Source: Alloascoidea hylecoeti
Lineage: Eukaryota
DNA: 64,000 nt
NCBI GenBank assembly: GCA_001600815.1
Contig: BCKZ01000005.1
Coordinates: forward strand, 912,875 to 976,874
Direction of reading: 5' to 3'
The notes under the pieces are model-generated. The model did not search any database. It was not told where the DNA came from and saw nothing but the letters and a program-made list of their open reading frames with translations. Positions within the stretch are counted from its first letter, which is position 1. Every line of letters starts with the position of its first letter. Position numbers and translations under genes: made by a program. Positions 1 to 12,775 of this stretch are shown here, one piece after another.

Positions 1-2009
1 CCTATATGTAGGTTTAAATTAGACCTGTATTTAGAAATTATACAACATATTTTCACAGAGGAGCCCAACTTAAAATGTCTGATTTTCTGTGAAAGGTTAG
101 TTTTAAGGAATCGTTGGAAGCTTAAGATATGATTCGTATATTGCAAATGCATGTAAGAATTAATAATTACCAAATATAGAAATTATACTTTACTTGCATT
201 ATATATTTAGCGGCCATAAATAAAAATATTGGTAGTATTTATGATCATTAATAGATATTATAGTTCACTCTACTTATTACTTATTATTTATTATTTATTA
301 TTGTATGGCTCGCTTGCAGAGGAAACGCACAAGATACTTTGGAGAAGAATCCTCATGATGAAGTTATGGAGCCATCAATGATATCCAAAATGTATATGCT
401 CTACTTGAATGTGTTATCGATACTTAATCCGAAACCGCTCAGTTTTTAAAAGGTCTCAATAGACATTCAATTAACATAAGATTTATACACATTTGTTAGA
501 GTGGCTCTTAATAGCGTAATCCATTCACAAAAATGATCCCATATTTAAGCTTAAGATTTATACGTTACTCTTATTCAATGAATTAAAATGTGTTCAACTT
601 CAAGTTATGTGTGTATAAGCTCCTTCAAATATATAACGGAGCTTAATCTCCGGTTAAAGATATCGATAAGTATATTTTTGACTGGTGTTTATCTCATATT
701 CTAATAGATAAACGATTATCTACGGAACATTAAACATTAAATAAGGCAAGAGGCAAGAGGCATTCTAAAATTAATTGAATAAATCGAACTTAGAAGAGAC
801 AAAATTCGGGATTATCAAAACTGTAGTTATAAGAATGTGTTACAATTGATATTCTTATTTGTATGCCCGATGGACTGAAACGTGGATTACGGCGGTACTG
901 GACCTACTGCCGGTAATAATACGTAATCACAATTGACCCAACTTTTCTGCAAATTATACCTGATATTCTGTTGATTTCTTTACTTACTCTGATACACCAA
1001 TATTATTATTTCGAGCTTTTTTCAATGATGATTAGAATCCTAGGTGTAGGTAGAATAATTGAGATCATTAAAAGATATTTAATAATGAATAATTTAAAAC
1101 TGTAGACTCGTTTTCCTTGAACATATATTTCCCGAACTCATATTGGAAGCCCCATATTTCTGATCAACGGTTACACAATTCCATTACCATTTAAATGATC
1201 TACTGAGAATCATTGCAAAATTAAACTTAAAATTTACAATTTTGAAAGTTGAAATTAAACAAATTTTAATTTACGGGAAACCCTTTGAAGAGGAGGAGTA
1301 AAACGCCGCACTTTATAATTTTAAAAATGTCACAGTGATGGTTGTAATTTTAATATCGCGATCGTTGGATCGATCATGATAATAAAAGTTTGCAATTGCA
1401 AATGATTTCATGAATTCAAACAACATATTTTATATAATGAATTTTGATTTTGTATAATAAGATATATTGCGGATCGATTGGTGAGCCTTGTTCTGTATCA
1501 TTCATTTTTGTTCTGTTCAATTGATGATGAATAGAATTTAAGAAGAAAGCCTCTCATATAACTAGCTTAAAAACCATGCATATGCATCAATCACTTTCAA
1601 ATCCAACGTGCATGAACAAGAATAGAAACATCTCAATTACAATGTATATCTTCAAAGTAAGGGAAAATCCACAATAATTGTTATGTAGTTAATGTAAATT
1701 TTCCTATAATTATTACATCATCATCAATAGCAGTAACCCATTTGTTACTTCGACTGTGATTACCGATTTTGGTTTCGATATATCCGGGAAGTGATTTGCA
1801 ATTGTAAACTCTGTAATCGATCTTAAATCATATATAAATAAAAAAGACCTGGTGGGTGATACTAATATTACTGGGTATACTCTTCAGTTATTATAAATAC
1901 CACTCTTTATCCCCCTTTTCTATCTCTTCATTAAATCTCAATTGTAATTGATCTTATACACTTTTCACTTTTTTATTAAAAACTTATAAAAAACAACTCC
2001 AATTCAATA

Positions 2010-2453
2010 ATGGGTAACTACGGCCGTAATGAGGATGATGACCATGGAAGACAGGATCTTTCTGAAGAAAGAGGTATTGGTGGTGCTTTATTAGGTACTG
2101 CTGCTGGTGGTGGTCTTGGTGCCGCTGCTGGTAACTTCATTGGTCAAAAAACTGGCTATAAGAAGGAGGGTTTAGCCGTTGGCGGTGTTGTTGGTGCTCT
2201 TGCTGGTGCTGCTGCTGGTTACTTTGATGATGATATCAAAGAGGGTGTTAAGCATGGTGTCAATAAGATCAAACATCATGGTGATGATGATAATAACGGC
2301 GCCAGAGGTTTTGGCGGTGGCCGTGGTGATGATGACAGAAGAGGTGGATTCGGTGGTGATGATGACCGGAGAGGTGGCCAAGATAAATTTGGAGGTAATG
2401 ATGACAGAAGAGGTGGATTCGGTGGTGATCATGAAAGAAGAGGTGGATACTAG
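2010..2453 (+). CDS. Gly-rich hydrophilin-like protein with a glycine-zipper (2TM-like) segment and C-terminal GGDDDRRGGF repeats
   Basis: 147-aa ORF; ERGIGGALLGTAAGGGLGAAAG...GGVVGALAGAAAG glycine zipper; about 4 DDRRGG repeats; TATAAATA at ~1892 and A-rich start context. Confidence 0.75.
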   Translation: MGNYGRNEDDDHGRQDLSEERGIGGALLGTAAGGGLGAAAGNFIGQKTGYKKEGLAVGGVVGALAGAAAGYFDDDIKEGVKHGVNKIKHHGDDDNNGARGFGGGRGDDDRRGGFGGDDDRRGGQDKFGGNDDRRGGFGGDHERRGGY

Positions 2454-2660
2454 CTTATGGTAATAATGACCGTCTTTTTTGACTGAGTATAAAAGTTATC
2501 TTATATGTAACTGAATTTAAATGAAATGATATTGAATTGTAATACAATTGATGTATCATTAATTTTAACATTGTGTTCTGTAATTATAATAGAAGCAATG
2601 TTTCTCGTTTGACAGTAGCAGTCACTACCTATGTGTTTATCTTATAAAGTATTCAAGAAA

Positions 2661-2900
2661 TGGTCGAATACTTAATTCAAATTGTGGCCGTATATTAAGT
2701 GTTTGTTAAGCAGCGGAATATTTATGCATGAAATGGTCTAATAATATGTTGAATCAGTGATCGAATATTTAATCTATTAAATGGCCGAATCTATATGCAT
2801 CATATAGTCGAATATAATTACATCACAGGGCCGAATCTGTAATTTAACATCTGGGCTAATATATCGGCCAACAAGTGGTCGATATTAACGCAGTATAGTG
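2661..2900. mobile_element. End of a Tc1/mariner-type non-autonomous element: ten periodic TGGYCGAATA units plus a degenerate TIR
   Basis: Units start at 2661, 2685, 2711, 2734, 2758, 2782, 2805, 2828, 2852 and 2876. The reverse complement of the end reads TA|CACTATACTGCGTTAATATCGACCACTTG, similar to the TIRs at 39975, 40543 and 61342. Confidence 0.7.
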
Positions 2901-2917
2901 TAGAGTAGAGAGAATGA

Positions 2918-3094
2918 ATCGAGGGTGATACATATTGTATGAGCCAGAAGCTTAAAACTAAAAAAGTGTTCCCAAGCACTTTAGAAAAAATGGAGAAGGC
3001 TTTGATGAAAGAATGAGATGATTTTAGTCATGAATTGGTGGCTACATGAACGAAAGCTTTAATTAAGCAAAATGGGACCCAGACAAAATATTGA
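2918..3094 (+). pseudogene. Tc1-family transposase C-terminal relic
   Basis: One frame reads IEGDTYCMSQKLKTKKVFPSTLEKMEKALMKE*DDFSHELVAT*TKALIKQNGTQTKY*, matching the Tc1 C-terminal pattern P.T..EL..AL..EW...AVI...G..TKY*; two internal stops. Confidence 0.7.
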
Positions 3095-5051
3095 AAAAAA
3101 GAGCTTTTATTTGCTTTGCTTATTAAATACTACATATGGGGTAATTGAAGTTTGAAATCAATATGTAGGTGGTTGAGCTTATAAATATAAGTTATAAAAA
3201 GCTGGTAAAGCTTTAAGTTTATACATTTCTGAACTCTAATCAAGTATAATTTTTTGAACATTTTAGAAATCGATATATCGAAATCTGTTTTTTATATCTT
3301 TGTTGTTCATTTAACCAATACAAATATGGACATTTTGCGACAAGTTTAAGTTCTTATAAAATATTCAAAATTTAAGTATAACAATTTCCTCATAGATTAA
3401 CATGTTTTTCTTGCACTATTAGTTTGCTAAAATTAGAGATCCTCTGAAACATTTTCTAAGTGGTAGCATATTTTTTAGAATTAATTACCTGTTTAATTTA
3501 TATCATCTATTATTTATAAGTTATGAGTTCTTATAATTAATATGATCATCTCAATAACTACAAAACCCTTTAATGGAAGATAAGACAAGAAAAAGAATCT
3601 AGACCTTTTAAGATGTAGAATATTATTTCTTTCCCCCTAATGAATTTATAAATATTAAATACAGATGATTTAACATATATGCAGGGATATCAATCGTAAT
3701 AATAGTTTCCCACAAAATTTAATTGCAACAAATCAACATATAAACTCACTATAATATATTTTATAATTAAATATTACCTTATAACTATTAATTAAGAGTT
3801 TTATTTATATTCCTTGATATATCTTAATTAAATAACCCCATATTTCAATATTCAATTTAATAGATTGCTTTTTGTTGTGGTATTTAGCCGAAAATAGCTA
3901 CTTAATCAGCCTGAATGAATCAAACAATAGGAACCATATAATAAAACTTTAGATAGATGAATAGTTAATTGATATCATAGCTCAACTTTTAAATATTTAT
4001 ACTTTTAATAAATCAAACTCACAATAGAACAAGATTATATTCATCAATAGTTTTAAGTATTTAAACATTCATGATCAATGTCATGAATAAAAATAAAGTG
4101 AGATGTTATTATATCATATGAATTTAAGACCTTAAATTTTATTAATGTTAACTGAAATTGTGGGTAATCAAAGCATATAGCTAGCACCATAGATCTAGTT
4201 AGTTATTTAACAAATAAGGAAAGTTGTATGGTATGACCATGTTATGCTCATCTGTTGTAGAATTTCAATTATACGCAGTAGATCGCGTATTACATTAATA
4301 TTGTTGCAATGATCTAGATTCTCTATTCAGTTACTTAATCAGCATATCTATAGCCAATTATAATTACTTAAGAACATGTTCATTCACATATAATTTTTCC
4401 ATGATATTCTATCATTTTGGAATAATTATAAAATATAACGCTTTATTTTATATTAAATTGCAAATAGAGTTATATTTATTTGATTACAATTTACAACTAC
4501 CTTGATAAAGCCATTTCTATTTATAATAAATATGGGATTATAATTAATTATAATAGGTTAAGCCATCCGCTTGTTTATTGGTTTAAATAGTTATATTCAT
4601 AATCCTGAATCCTAATTATCAACTGCAATTTGGAATATTATGTCAATTTATGTGGATTAAAGAAATATACTATCATAATATACAAAAACAATAACAAATA
4701 TTAATTACAAAAGTCAAGGAATTCAAAGATACAAGATAATGGATAATTACAAAAATTCAATATCAACAACCAAAAATAAAAACAACAATTAAACAGATTT
4801 AAAAATATGACAAAATAAAATTCATAAGATGATCATGAAATGACAAACAATTCAAACAATATATGTAATGATATAGATTTTATATCACACCAATATTGCA
4901 ATATAGGATCAAGCGCTATACTGATCTCTCTCTCTCTCCATAGTTATGTTATAAACAGTATGTTATTATATACATATATGCAAGTTTTTGCATTATTCCT
5001 TTTTATGATAAAATGTTAAATGTATAAGAGTAGTATAACTAGTGCTTTTCC

Positions 5052-5298
5052 TTTGGATTCCTTTCAGTAAGAACTGTAGTATGTAAAGATTTGATATATT
5101 TGTAAGCTTTATGTTCGGCTTCCGGTTGGGTTTCATGATTTATACGTTGATTATATTGATCAATTGTATACTGTTCGAGGAGCCTTAAAAAATCGAAGGT
5201 CAGCTATGCATATTATATAATAAATTGGGGACAGACATACTTTGAGTATACAAGTTTTTGTTCTTTATTGATATCATCTGGACAAAACATTTCAAGTA
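5052..5298 (+). pseudogene. Possible pogo/Fot1-family transposase relic (CENP-B-type HTH to the first catalytic Asp)
   Basis: FGF...SASGWVS*FIR* resembles GF...GWVxRFxxR; downstream YHLDKTFQV resembles YNMDETGFQ; many stops and frameshifts. Confidence 0.45.
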
Positions 5299-5634
5299 TA
5301 AATTTTATAGATGGAGAAAGAAAAAAGGAAAAAACGGAGGACTCTAAAGGCTTTTTATAACCCTGAAGGATAATCGCAAAATAACAAATAAAAGATCTAG
5401 AGCACCATATGATCAGTATGTTAATTATTAATATGATCTAAACATGCAAGTACGATGGAAAACAGTGATCCTTCACTTACATATAGTCAGCCGTGCGGTA
5501 AAAATAGAATATCCATATTATTATAATTGTTATAAAACTATAAAAACAGTGCTTTCTTCCTTATTTTTTTTTTCTTCTTCTTCTTGTTTTTTTCATATCA
5601 CTATCAAATATAACGTCTAAAGTAAATAGGCAAC

Positions 5635-5937
5635 ATGCTTTTCAATGACCCCAACAAACAAGAAAAATTCCTTCAATACTCTCGGTAAGCCAATTGAGAT
5701 CACTTAATCTGAATAAATGTCAAATTGCAAATTCAAAAATAGATTAATAATACATATCCATATTCTAATACTTATACATATTTAATTAGTATCCTCCAAC
5801 AACAGACGCAATCTCAATATAACCAAAGAATAGATAGCGATGCCAAATCCCGTTCTGAAGTTCTGGCCCTTCCTTATTTGAAGTCCTTAAAAGCAACTGT
5901 TATTGATCAGGGTAAAAATCCAAAAAAGAAGGCTTAA
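5635..5937 (+). CDS. Predicted 65-aa two-exon microprotein of unknown function (exons 5635-5684 and 5790-5937)
   Basis: Intron 5685-5789 has GTAAGC, TTCTAAT and ATTAG. Splicing gives MLFNDPNKQEKFLQYSRILQQQTQSQYNQRIDSDAKSRSEVLALPYLKSLKATVIDQGKNPKKKA*. Tandem TATAAAA at ~5531-5545 and a pyrimidine tract lie upstream. Confidence 0.65.
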
Positions 5938-6451
5938 AGGAATAAAGATGTCCCTGTACATATGATAAATTATGGTCATATATGCACGCGCGCGTGCTAT
6001 ATATTAGTCTATAACTTATAACTACTTGAATAACCGGTTATAGATGGAGTCTGAAGTTGGGATTAAGTAACTGGAAGAGTTGTTGAAGAAGTATTGTCTA
6101 TTGAGTAACACGTATAAATTTCTGCCAGTATTACAATTGTGTTTTTAATGTTTTTGAGTTGAATAGAAATGTGTCATGTAAGTTATAGCTATTTGAACCT
6201 CATTATAGATATAGATAAGATTGTACAATTATAAGTCATGATGATGTATTAATATTTATAACTTCGAGTTCTTTATATCACCGACCTACAGTATAAGCAG
6301 CCATGTAAGACTTGAGACATATTATATAATATAAAGTTCATTGTGTAATTTCGATTGAGAAATTGAGGCTTAAGCTGATAAACATTTTAATTCTTTTCAG
6401 GTTTTTATTTAATTACGTAACTTTATAACATATACGAATATCTAATTATAA

Positions 6452-9400
6452 TTAACATGTATCCAATAAATAATTAGTAGCTGTTTGCAAATCCCAATTA
6501 GCATGTTCTAAAGCTCTTAGGGAGTCCGCTTTAGAAAATCCCATTCCAATCAGTTGTTGAAGTGGTTCTGAATGATTTGAATTTGGATTTATTCCGTCCC
6601 GTTGGAATTGATTTGGGGATGTTTTTATTTCTTGTGGTGTTATTGTGTTATCCCTGTATGTAAATGATGTCCGTGGCGTTGGTTTAGAATAGTTAGAATA
6701 TGATGTGACACTCGGACCGGTGTTTAAGTTGTTAGGTCTAAAGGTACTCGGGCGCGATGTCTGCTGTTGGTCATGATATTGTGCATTATTAGATCTCATG
6801 ATTGTAAATGAATAAGAAGATGTGTCCTGTCTTGGATTAGCATTAGCAAGTGGAGTATCAGGCGCCGTACGTGGTGAAGGTTTGTAGTTAGTAGTTTGTC
6901 TAGTTACTGGCCTTGTTGCTGTAGATGCCATATATGAATTTTGCCTGGAACTTTTAACCGGCAGCGGAGTCTTCGGTTCTTCATTATTATCATTAATACT
7001 ATTTTCTGAATCCAACGAAAATTTAAATCTTCTTGGTCCTGTTGTATACGTAGTTGAGGGGGCCATTTTTGGAAAACCATTTATATTTCCATTTCCATTT
7101 CCATTGTCATTTCCACTTGTACTGTTCATTTGTGCTCTAGATCTTGTTCTAGATCTAGCACTTGAAGAAGGAACCACTAACACTGGTGCGGGGATTAATG
7201 AAGATTTCGGGGAAGTAGTAGATCCCTTTGGGCTAGAACTCAATTGTAAATCTGATAATACATTTTTAGTGGACGGTTTAGGAACACCACCAATTGATAC
7301 TGGGTTCGAATTCCAAGGACTTCTTGATAAATTTTCCCAACCTTCGGAATCTTCGATTTCATTTGACAAATCAGTTAATTTAAATCCATCATTTTGATCA
7401 TGATCAACTTTTAATGCACTTCCAAGTAATTTTACCATTTGAAATTGTTTAGGTTTAGATTTGTCACCACCATCTTTTTTGTCATTTTCATTTTGAAGAT
7501 GACTAAAATTAGATTCTTCAGATTTAAATGGTTTATTTAATGAAATTTTATTTGTTCTTGGATTTATAGAATTATTATCATCCGATCTTTTTAATTTTGA
7601 TTTCCCACCTGCATCTTGATACAAATCATCGTCATCTGTTATATCAGAAGCGGTATCTGTATTTGGAACATTCCCTTTAATATTGCCATTGGATCTTTTA
7701 CTATTACCAGCACTATAATTTCCAAATAAAGCTGAAATATTTGTAAATTGAGTAGTATTGTTAGAGGTTGTAGCTGTTGATGGCATCTTTCGATGTTTTG
7801 ATAATGATTTAGCATGTTGACGTAATAATTGTGTGTTATAATTATTATTATTAATGTTGTTATTATTACTGTTATTTTGTGCTAAAGGTTTCATTTTTTT
7901 AGGTAATGGATCATTTGCCGTACTATCATATCTACCAGGTATTTTTGATTTTTCATATCGACGATTCATATCATAATATTGTTGTTGTTTTAATATTTCT
8001 TTAACTGCTGTAAACTGTATTTGTGATCTAGTAGCTGCTGCTGCTTTTTCATCATCTTTATTTTCCTTTGCATCATCATCACCTGTAATACTATTATTAA
8101 TATTATCAACAAATTTAAAATCAATAAATGGTTTATGTGAATCATTTGAACTAAATGCAAGTCTTGATCTTGACCTTTTAAGTTGTCTTTTTGAATTTGA
8201 GTTTGAATTTGAATTTATACTTGTTGTACTTGCATTTGAATGTTCATTATCTAATGGTGATTTATTTGTAATTACAATTTCTTTTTTATAATTAGTATTG
8301 TATGGATCTATTACATTAGAAGAATCATTTGAAGTTAGAGTATCAGTAGAATTTTTATTCTTAGAAGTATCTTTAGGTTCAGTTGTATGTTCTTTAGCAG
8401 ATTTATTTAAAAGTGAACTTGCTGCTCTTCTTTCTGCAGCTGTTGTAAATATCATTCTTCTTTCTTGAATATCAGGTGTACTAGTAGAATCAGGTTTTGG
8501 TAGAGAAATATTGTATTTATTATTTTCAATATTATTATTAGAACTGAGATTGATTTTTGAGACTGACTTGGGGGTTGAGTTAGGCTTACGTGAGATGGAT
8601 GATCGAGGACTTGCTCTTGAATTAGCACCAGACGATCCCATCCATAATTCGGAAAGTCTGGCTACAAGCGATGAAACTGGAGATAAACCTCTATCTGGTT
8701 CCAGAATTGATTTTTTAGTATCATCGGGAGAGGTAATTGTGGGGCTTTCATTACCGCTAGGGGAAGACTTTCCTTTTGATTCATCATTGTAATTATATTC
8801 ATGATCAGCTATAGATTCAGAAATTTTAGAATTATCTTTATCTTTTTCATTTTGTTGTGATTGTAATTGTTCATCAATTGAAGAGATTTCTTCATTTAAA
8901 GAATTAATATTATTTGATAATTTTACATTTTCATCTTTTGAATTTTTCAAAATTTGTTCTTTTAATGATTTTTCTTGTTTTAATTTTTCTAAATTTTCTT
9001 GTTTTAATTTAATTAAAGATGATTCTTTTAATTTTAAACTTTCTTTTTCAATATTTGAAATCTTTAAATCATTTTCAATTAATTTTAAATCATCATTTAA
9101 TTTTAAAATTTCATCATCATTATTTTTTTCATCAATAATTTTTTTAATTTCATTATTTAAATTATTAATTTCATCATTTAAATCATTTAATTGATTTTTT
9201 AAATTTAATTTTTCATCATTTAATTTTGAAATTTTAAAATTTTTAAAAATTATATCTTCTTTAATTTTTAAATATAATTTATTTTTTTCATCATATAATG
9301 ATTTTGATTTTTTTAATTCATTATTTAATTTTAAATTTTCACTTATTAAATCATTTAATTGTAATTGTTTTTGTTTTTGTAATTGAATTTGATTTAAATT

Positions 9401-11540
9401 TTTTTTAATTATTTCATTATTTATTATTGTTGATTGATCTTTTAAATTTTTTAAATTTTTTAAATTCATTATTTCAGATTGAGTTTGATTTTTAATTAAA
9501 TCAAGTGATGAATCTCTTTGATGCTGATTATAGTCAATTGATAGAGTTTCATTGTTATGAAGGTCTTCATTTGTACCAACATCAATATAACTAAGTGCAT
9601 TATATTGATTTAAATATGGCAATTGACCAACAAATGAAGTTCCTAAAGGATGAGGTTGTTGTATACGAGGTTGAGATGGAGCAGATGATGAATATTTTGA
9701 AGCAATTCCTGCAAAAGGTAATGAATTTGATCTTTTACTAGCATCTTTCAATCCAAAAGTTGTAAATGGAACTTCTTCATTGACTATAGGCAAAGAATTT
9801 GAATTTGTTGGAGTTATTTCATTATCATCATCAGATATAGCAGTAATAACTGGAGGTTCTTCATTAAAAATCTTTTTATTACCATCAATTATTTTAAATT
9901 TATAATTGGGGTTTATAGGAGAATCAGGATGAATTGATTCAAATGATTCATCATTTTCATGATCATTATTATAATCATTATTTGGTAATTTATATTTATC
10001 ACTAATTTTCTCAAGTTCATCAATAGAAGCAGCATCTTCAAACTCATCATCATCATTATCATCGTTATCATCATTATAGTTACTATCGCTATCACTATCA
10101 TTATCACTATCATCATCCATTATAAATATTTCATTTTGTAATTCATTTGGTAAAAAATCAGGTAACTCCAAACCATCTAATCTTTTTTGAATTAACCACA
10201 TTGCAATTGAAAATTCTTTTTTTGTAAAACATGCAACATAGTCATTATTTTTTCTCAATTGTTCTGTTAAATCTGATACAGATAAATCCCAAATAATTGA
10301 TAAATCATCTTTATCTAAAGTTGCATTTGATAAGAAATTTGCAACTATACTTGGAGTTAAAATACCTAAATTTTCAGTATCTAATGAATCAAAAGTTTTA
10401 TCATATTGATGTTTTTTTGCTATTGGGATTGACCAATTTATATTATGTTCAGTTTCTTTATCGTTTTCATTTTCATTTTCAGTATCATTAGTTCCAACTT
10501 CAATTTCTGTTACAATTTCAGTATCAGTATCAGTATCAGTATCTGTATCTGTGTCACTTTCTTCATATTCATCTCCATCTTCATCTTCATCTTCATCTAC
10601 TGCTTGTGATTGTGAATGAGTTGTATAAGAATGATCAGTTCTTGAATCCGATATTGATTCATTATCAGAATGATCGTCATCATCATCAGAATCATCTAAA
10701 TCAGTCTCTTCCGTAATCCTAACTTTATCAGCCAATTCATTATAAAATTCAGGAGTTAATTCATCAGGCAAAAATTCCAATAAACCACTTGATAAACAAT
10801 CAATTAAATGCATTGATATAATAAATTCAATTTCATCTAAATTTTCACTTTTATTGATTGATGATAAATCCCAAATTTTTAAACAAATATCATTTGATAA
10901 ATTTAATTTTAATTTCGCTTTTTTATAAATTACTTCATCAGCAATTTCTTTTGAAATAATTCCATCATTTTCAATTGTTTTAAACATTTTCAAAAACCTT
11001 TTAACATCATGATTTGTTATAGAAGGAATTGTATCATTATCAATTATATGTGAAGATTCTGGTTGTGTTGGAACTTCGATACCAGAGAAACGAGCAAGAG
11101 GGCCAGCTAGATCATAATCACCATTAGTTATATAAATAGATATACAAAGATATAATGATAACTTACGGGTTTCAGCCAAAGCTGGATTTAAAGAATAACC
11201 ATTTTGAGAATAACCAATTAATCTCATAATAATGCAAAAACCAGTTGGATCAATAAATCCTTCATCGTTTGTATTTACATATTCAAAAATATCATTTAAA
11301 ATGGAAGGATCTAAATTAGATACTTTAAATAATTGATCATTTATGATTTTAGTTGAAATCAAACCATTTCCTTGAGTATCTAATTGAGTAAAAATTGAAG
11401 AGTAATATTGATATTCTTGATGAGTGATACCTATTTTATTTGTTATTAGTTTTGGTGTAAAAAAACTTCCAAATTATTGAAGATCATAATTAAAGAAAAT
11501 GATTAATACCTTTGGGCTCGAAGGAGTTATATATACTCAT
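6452..11540 (-). CDS. EDE1: EH-domain / coiled-coil / UBA endocytic scaffold, Ede1/Eps15-like; introns 11431-11509 and 11107-11166
   Basis: Three EH-like domains (e.g. IWDLS...EFSIAMWLI), a long coiled coil and a C-terminal UBA (LIGMGFSKADSLRALEHANWDLQTATNYLL). The true ATG is at 11540; both introns have GT/branch/AG signals and keep the frame. Confidence 0.8.
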
Positions 11541-11848
11541 AATTTCAATATTAATATTAATATTTTCTGTTTAGTATTCAAACAAGGAAATGAAAATGAA
11601 ATGAAAATGATAATAAATAATAGATAATAATTTTAAATGATAAATGATAAAAGTAAAAATAATCAAGAAAAAAAGGAGGTTTTGAAAGGATTATATAAAA
11701 TACATAATAATATAAAATAATTAATGCTGTTGAAACATAATAGTTTTGACTATATAATTATCTAAGACAAACCTCCTGATTTTTGTTTATTTCCGTCATC
11801 TCTCCAAAAACTACCATCTATATAATTTAATATTTACATTTTTCATAA

Positions 11849-12622
11849 TTATTGATCGATCCCACTTAAATGCATTGTTTTCAAGGCAATATTATCATTT
11901 TCTGTCTGCAGATCATGATCTTCAGCATCTTCTTCTTCTTCTTCTATATTTTCACCATGTATGTGATTATCCGCTTCCAAATCAAAATCAAAAGCATTTT
12001 CATCTTGTAAAGAGGTGTCCATTTCAATCCCACTGGTATTTGAAATTGAATGTAAAGATGAGTATTTTGATTTACGACGACGGTCTAACATTCGTTTATG
12101 ATACCATGCTGATAGAATAAGTCCTAGCAGAGATCCGATGATATTTGCCTTTTAGTTGTTAGTTTGAGGTTTGTAATTGTATTTCAATTGTAGCACATAC
12201 CAATATATCCCTTGGATCGAATGTGCGATACTAAATTGTAACAAAAGATGTAAATGTTAGTAAATATTTGTAAATAAATATCCAAAAGAATTACTTACAG
12301 GCACAAGACCTTGTATGAATTCGGATACTATGGAACCAAGCAAAGTAACAACCACAAAAGTAATATTTCTGACTTTTCTTATGCTATTTGTATCTACAAT
12401 CCAGTAGAAACAGATTGTTACAACGAAAAATGCCACAAAATGAAGAAATTTGTCATTTGGTAGTTCAACTGAAAATTTCCCTAAAGCGAGATAAGAAAAT
12501 AGAAATAAAAGAAGAATGAAAGCTATAAATAGTATTATTGTTACTATAATGTAATAATCAATAAATATAAGTATAAATATAATTCTTTACTTACTGATTA
12601 AAACAGGTTTTCTTAATCTCAT
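11849..12622 (-). CDS. VanZ-like family small membrane protein (YJR112W-A-like), 4 exons
   Basis: Exons 12622-12595, 12522-12299, 12230-12201 and 12148-11849 give MRLRKPVLITFILLL...NDKFLHFVAFF...[28 protein letters not shown], with the VanZ motifs DK.LHF, SE.IQ and R.FD..D..AN..G. Confidence 0.85.
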
Positions 12623-12775
12623 TTGTTTATTGTTATTATATAGATATATCAAGTATGAAAGTTTAAGGTGTGAGCAAAAGATTTAAATTTAAATTCAAAT
12701 GTGTTTGTGTGTGTTTGTGTTTGTGTTTAAACTTTTGAACATTTTTTATCATCACCAAATTTATAAATTATATAA

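Noticed and set aside
2661..2885. CRISPR-like repeat/spacer array
   Set aside because: Cores are only ~10 bp and degenerate, spacers are ~14 bp, there are no cas genes and the context is eukaryotic; better explained as transposon subterminal repeats
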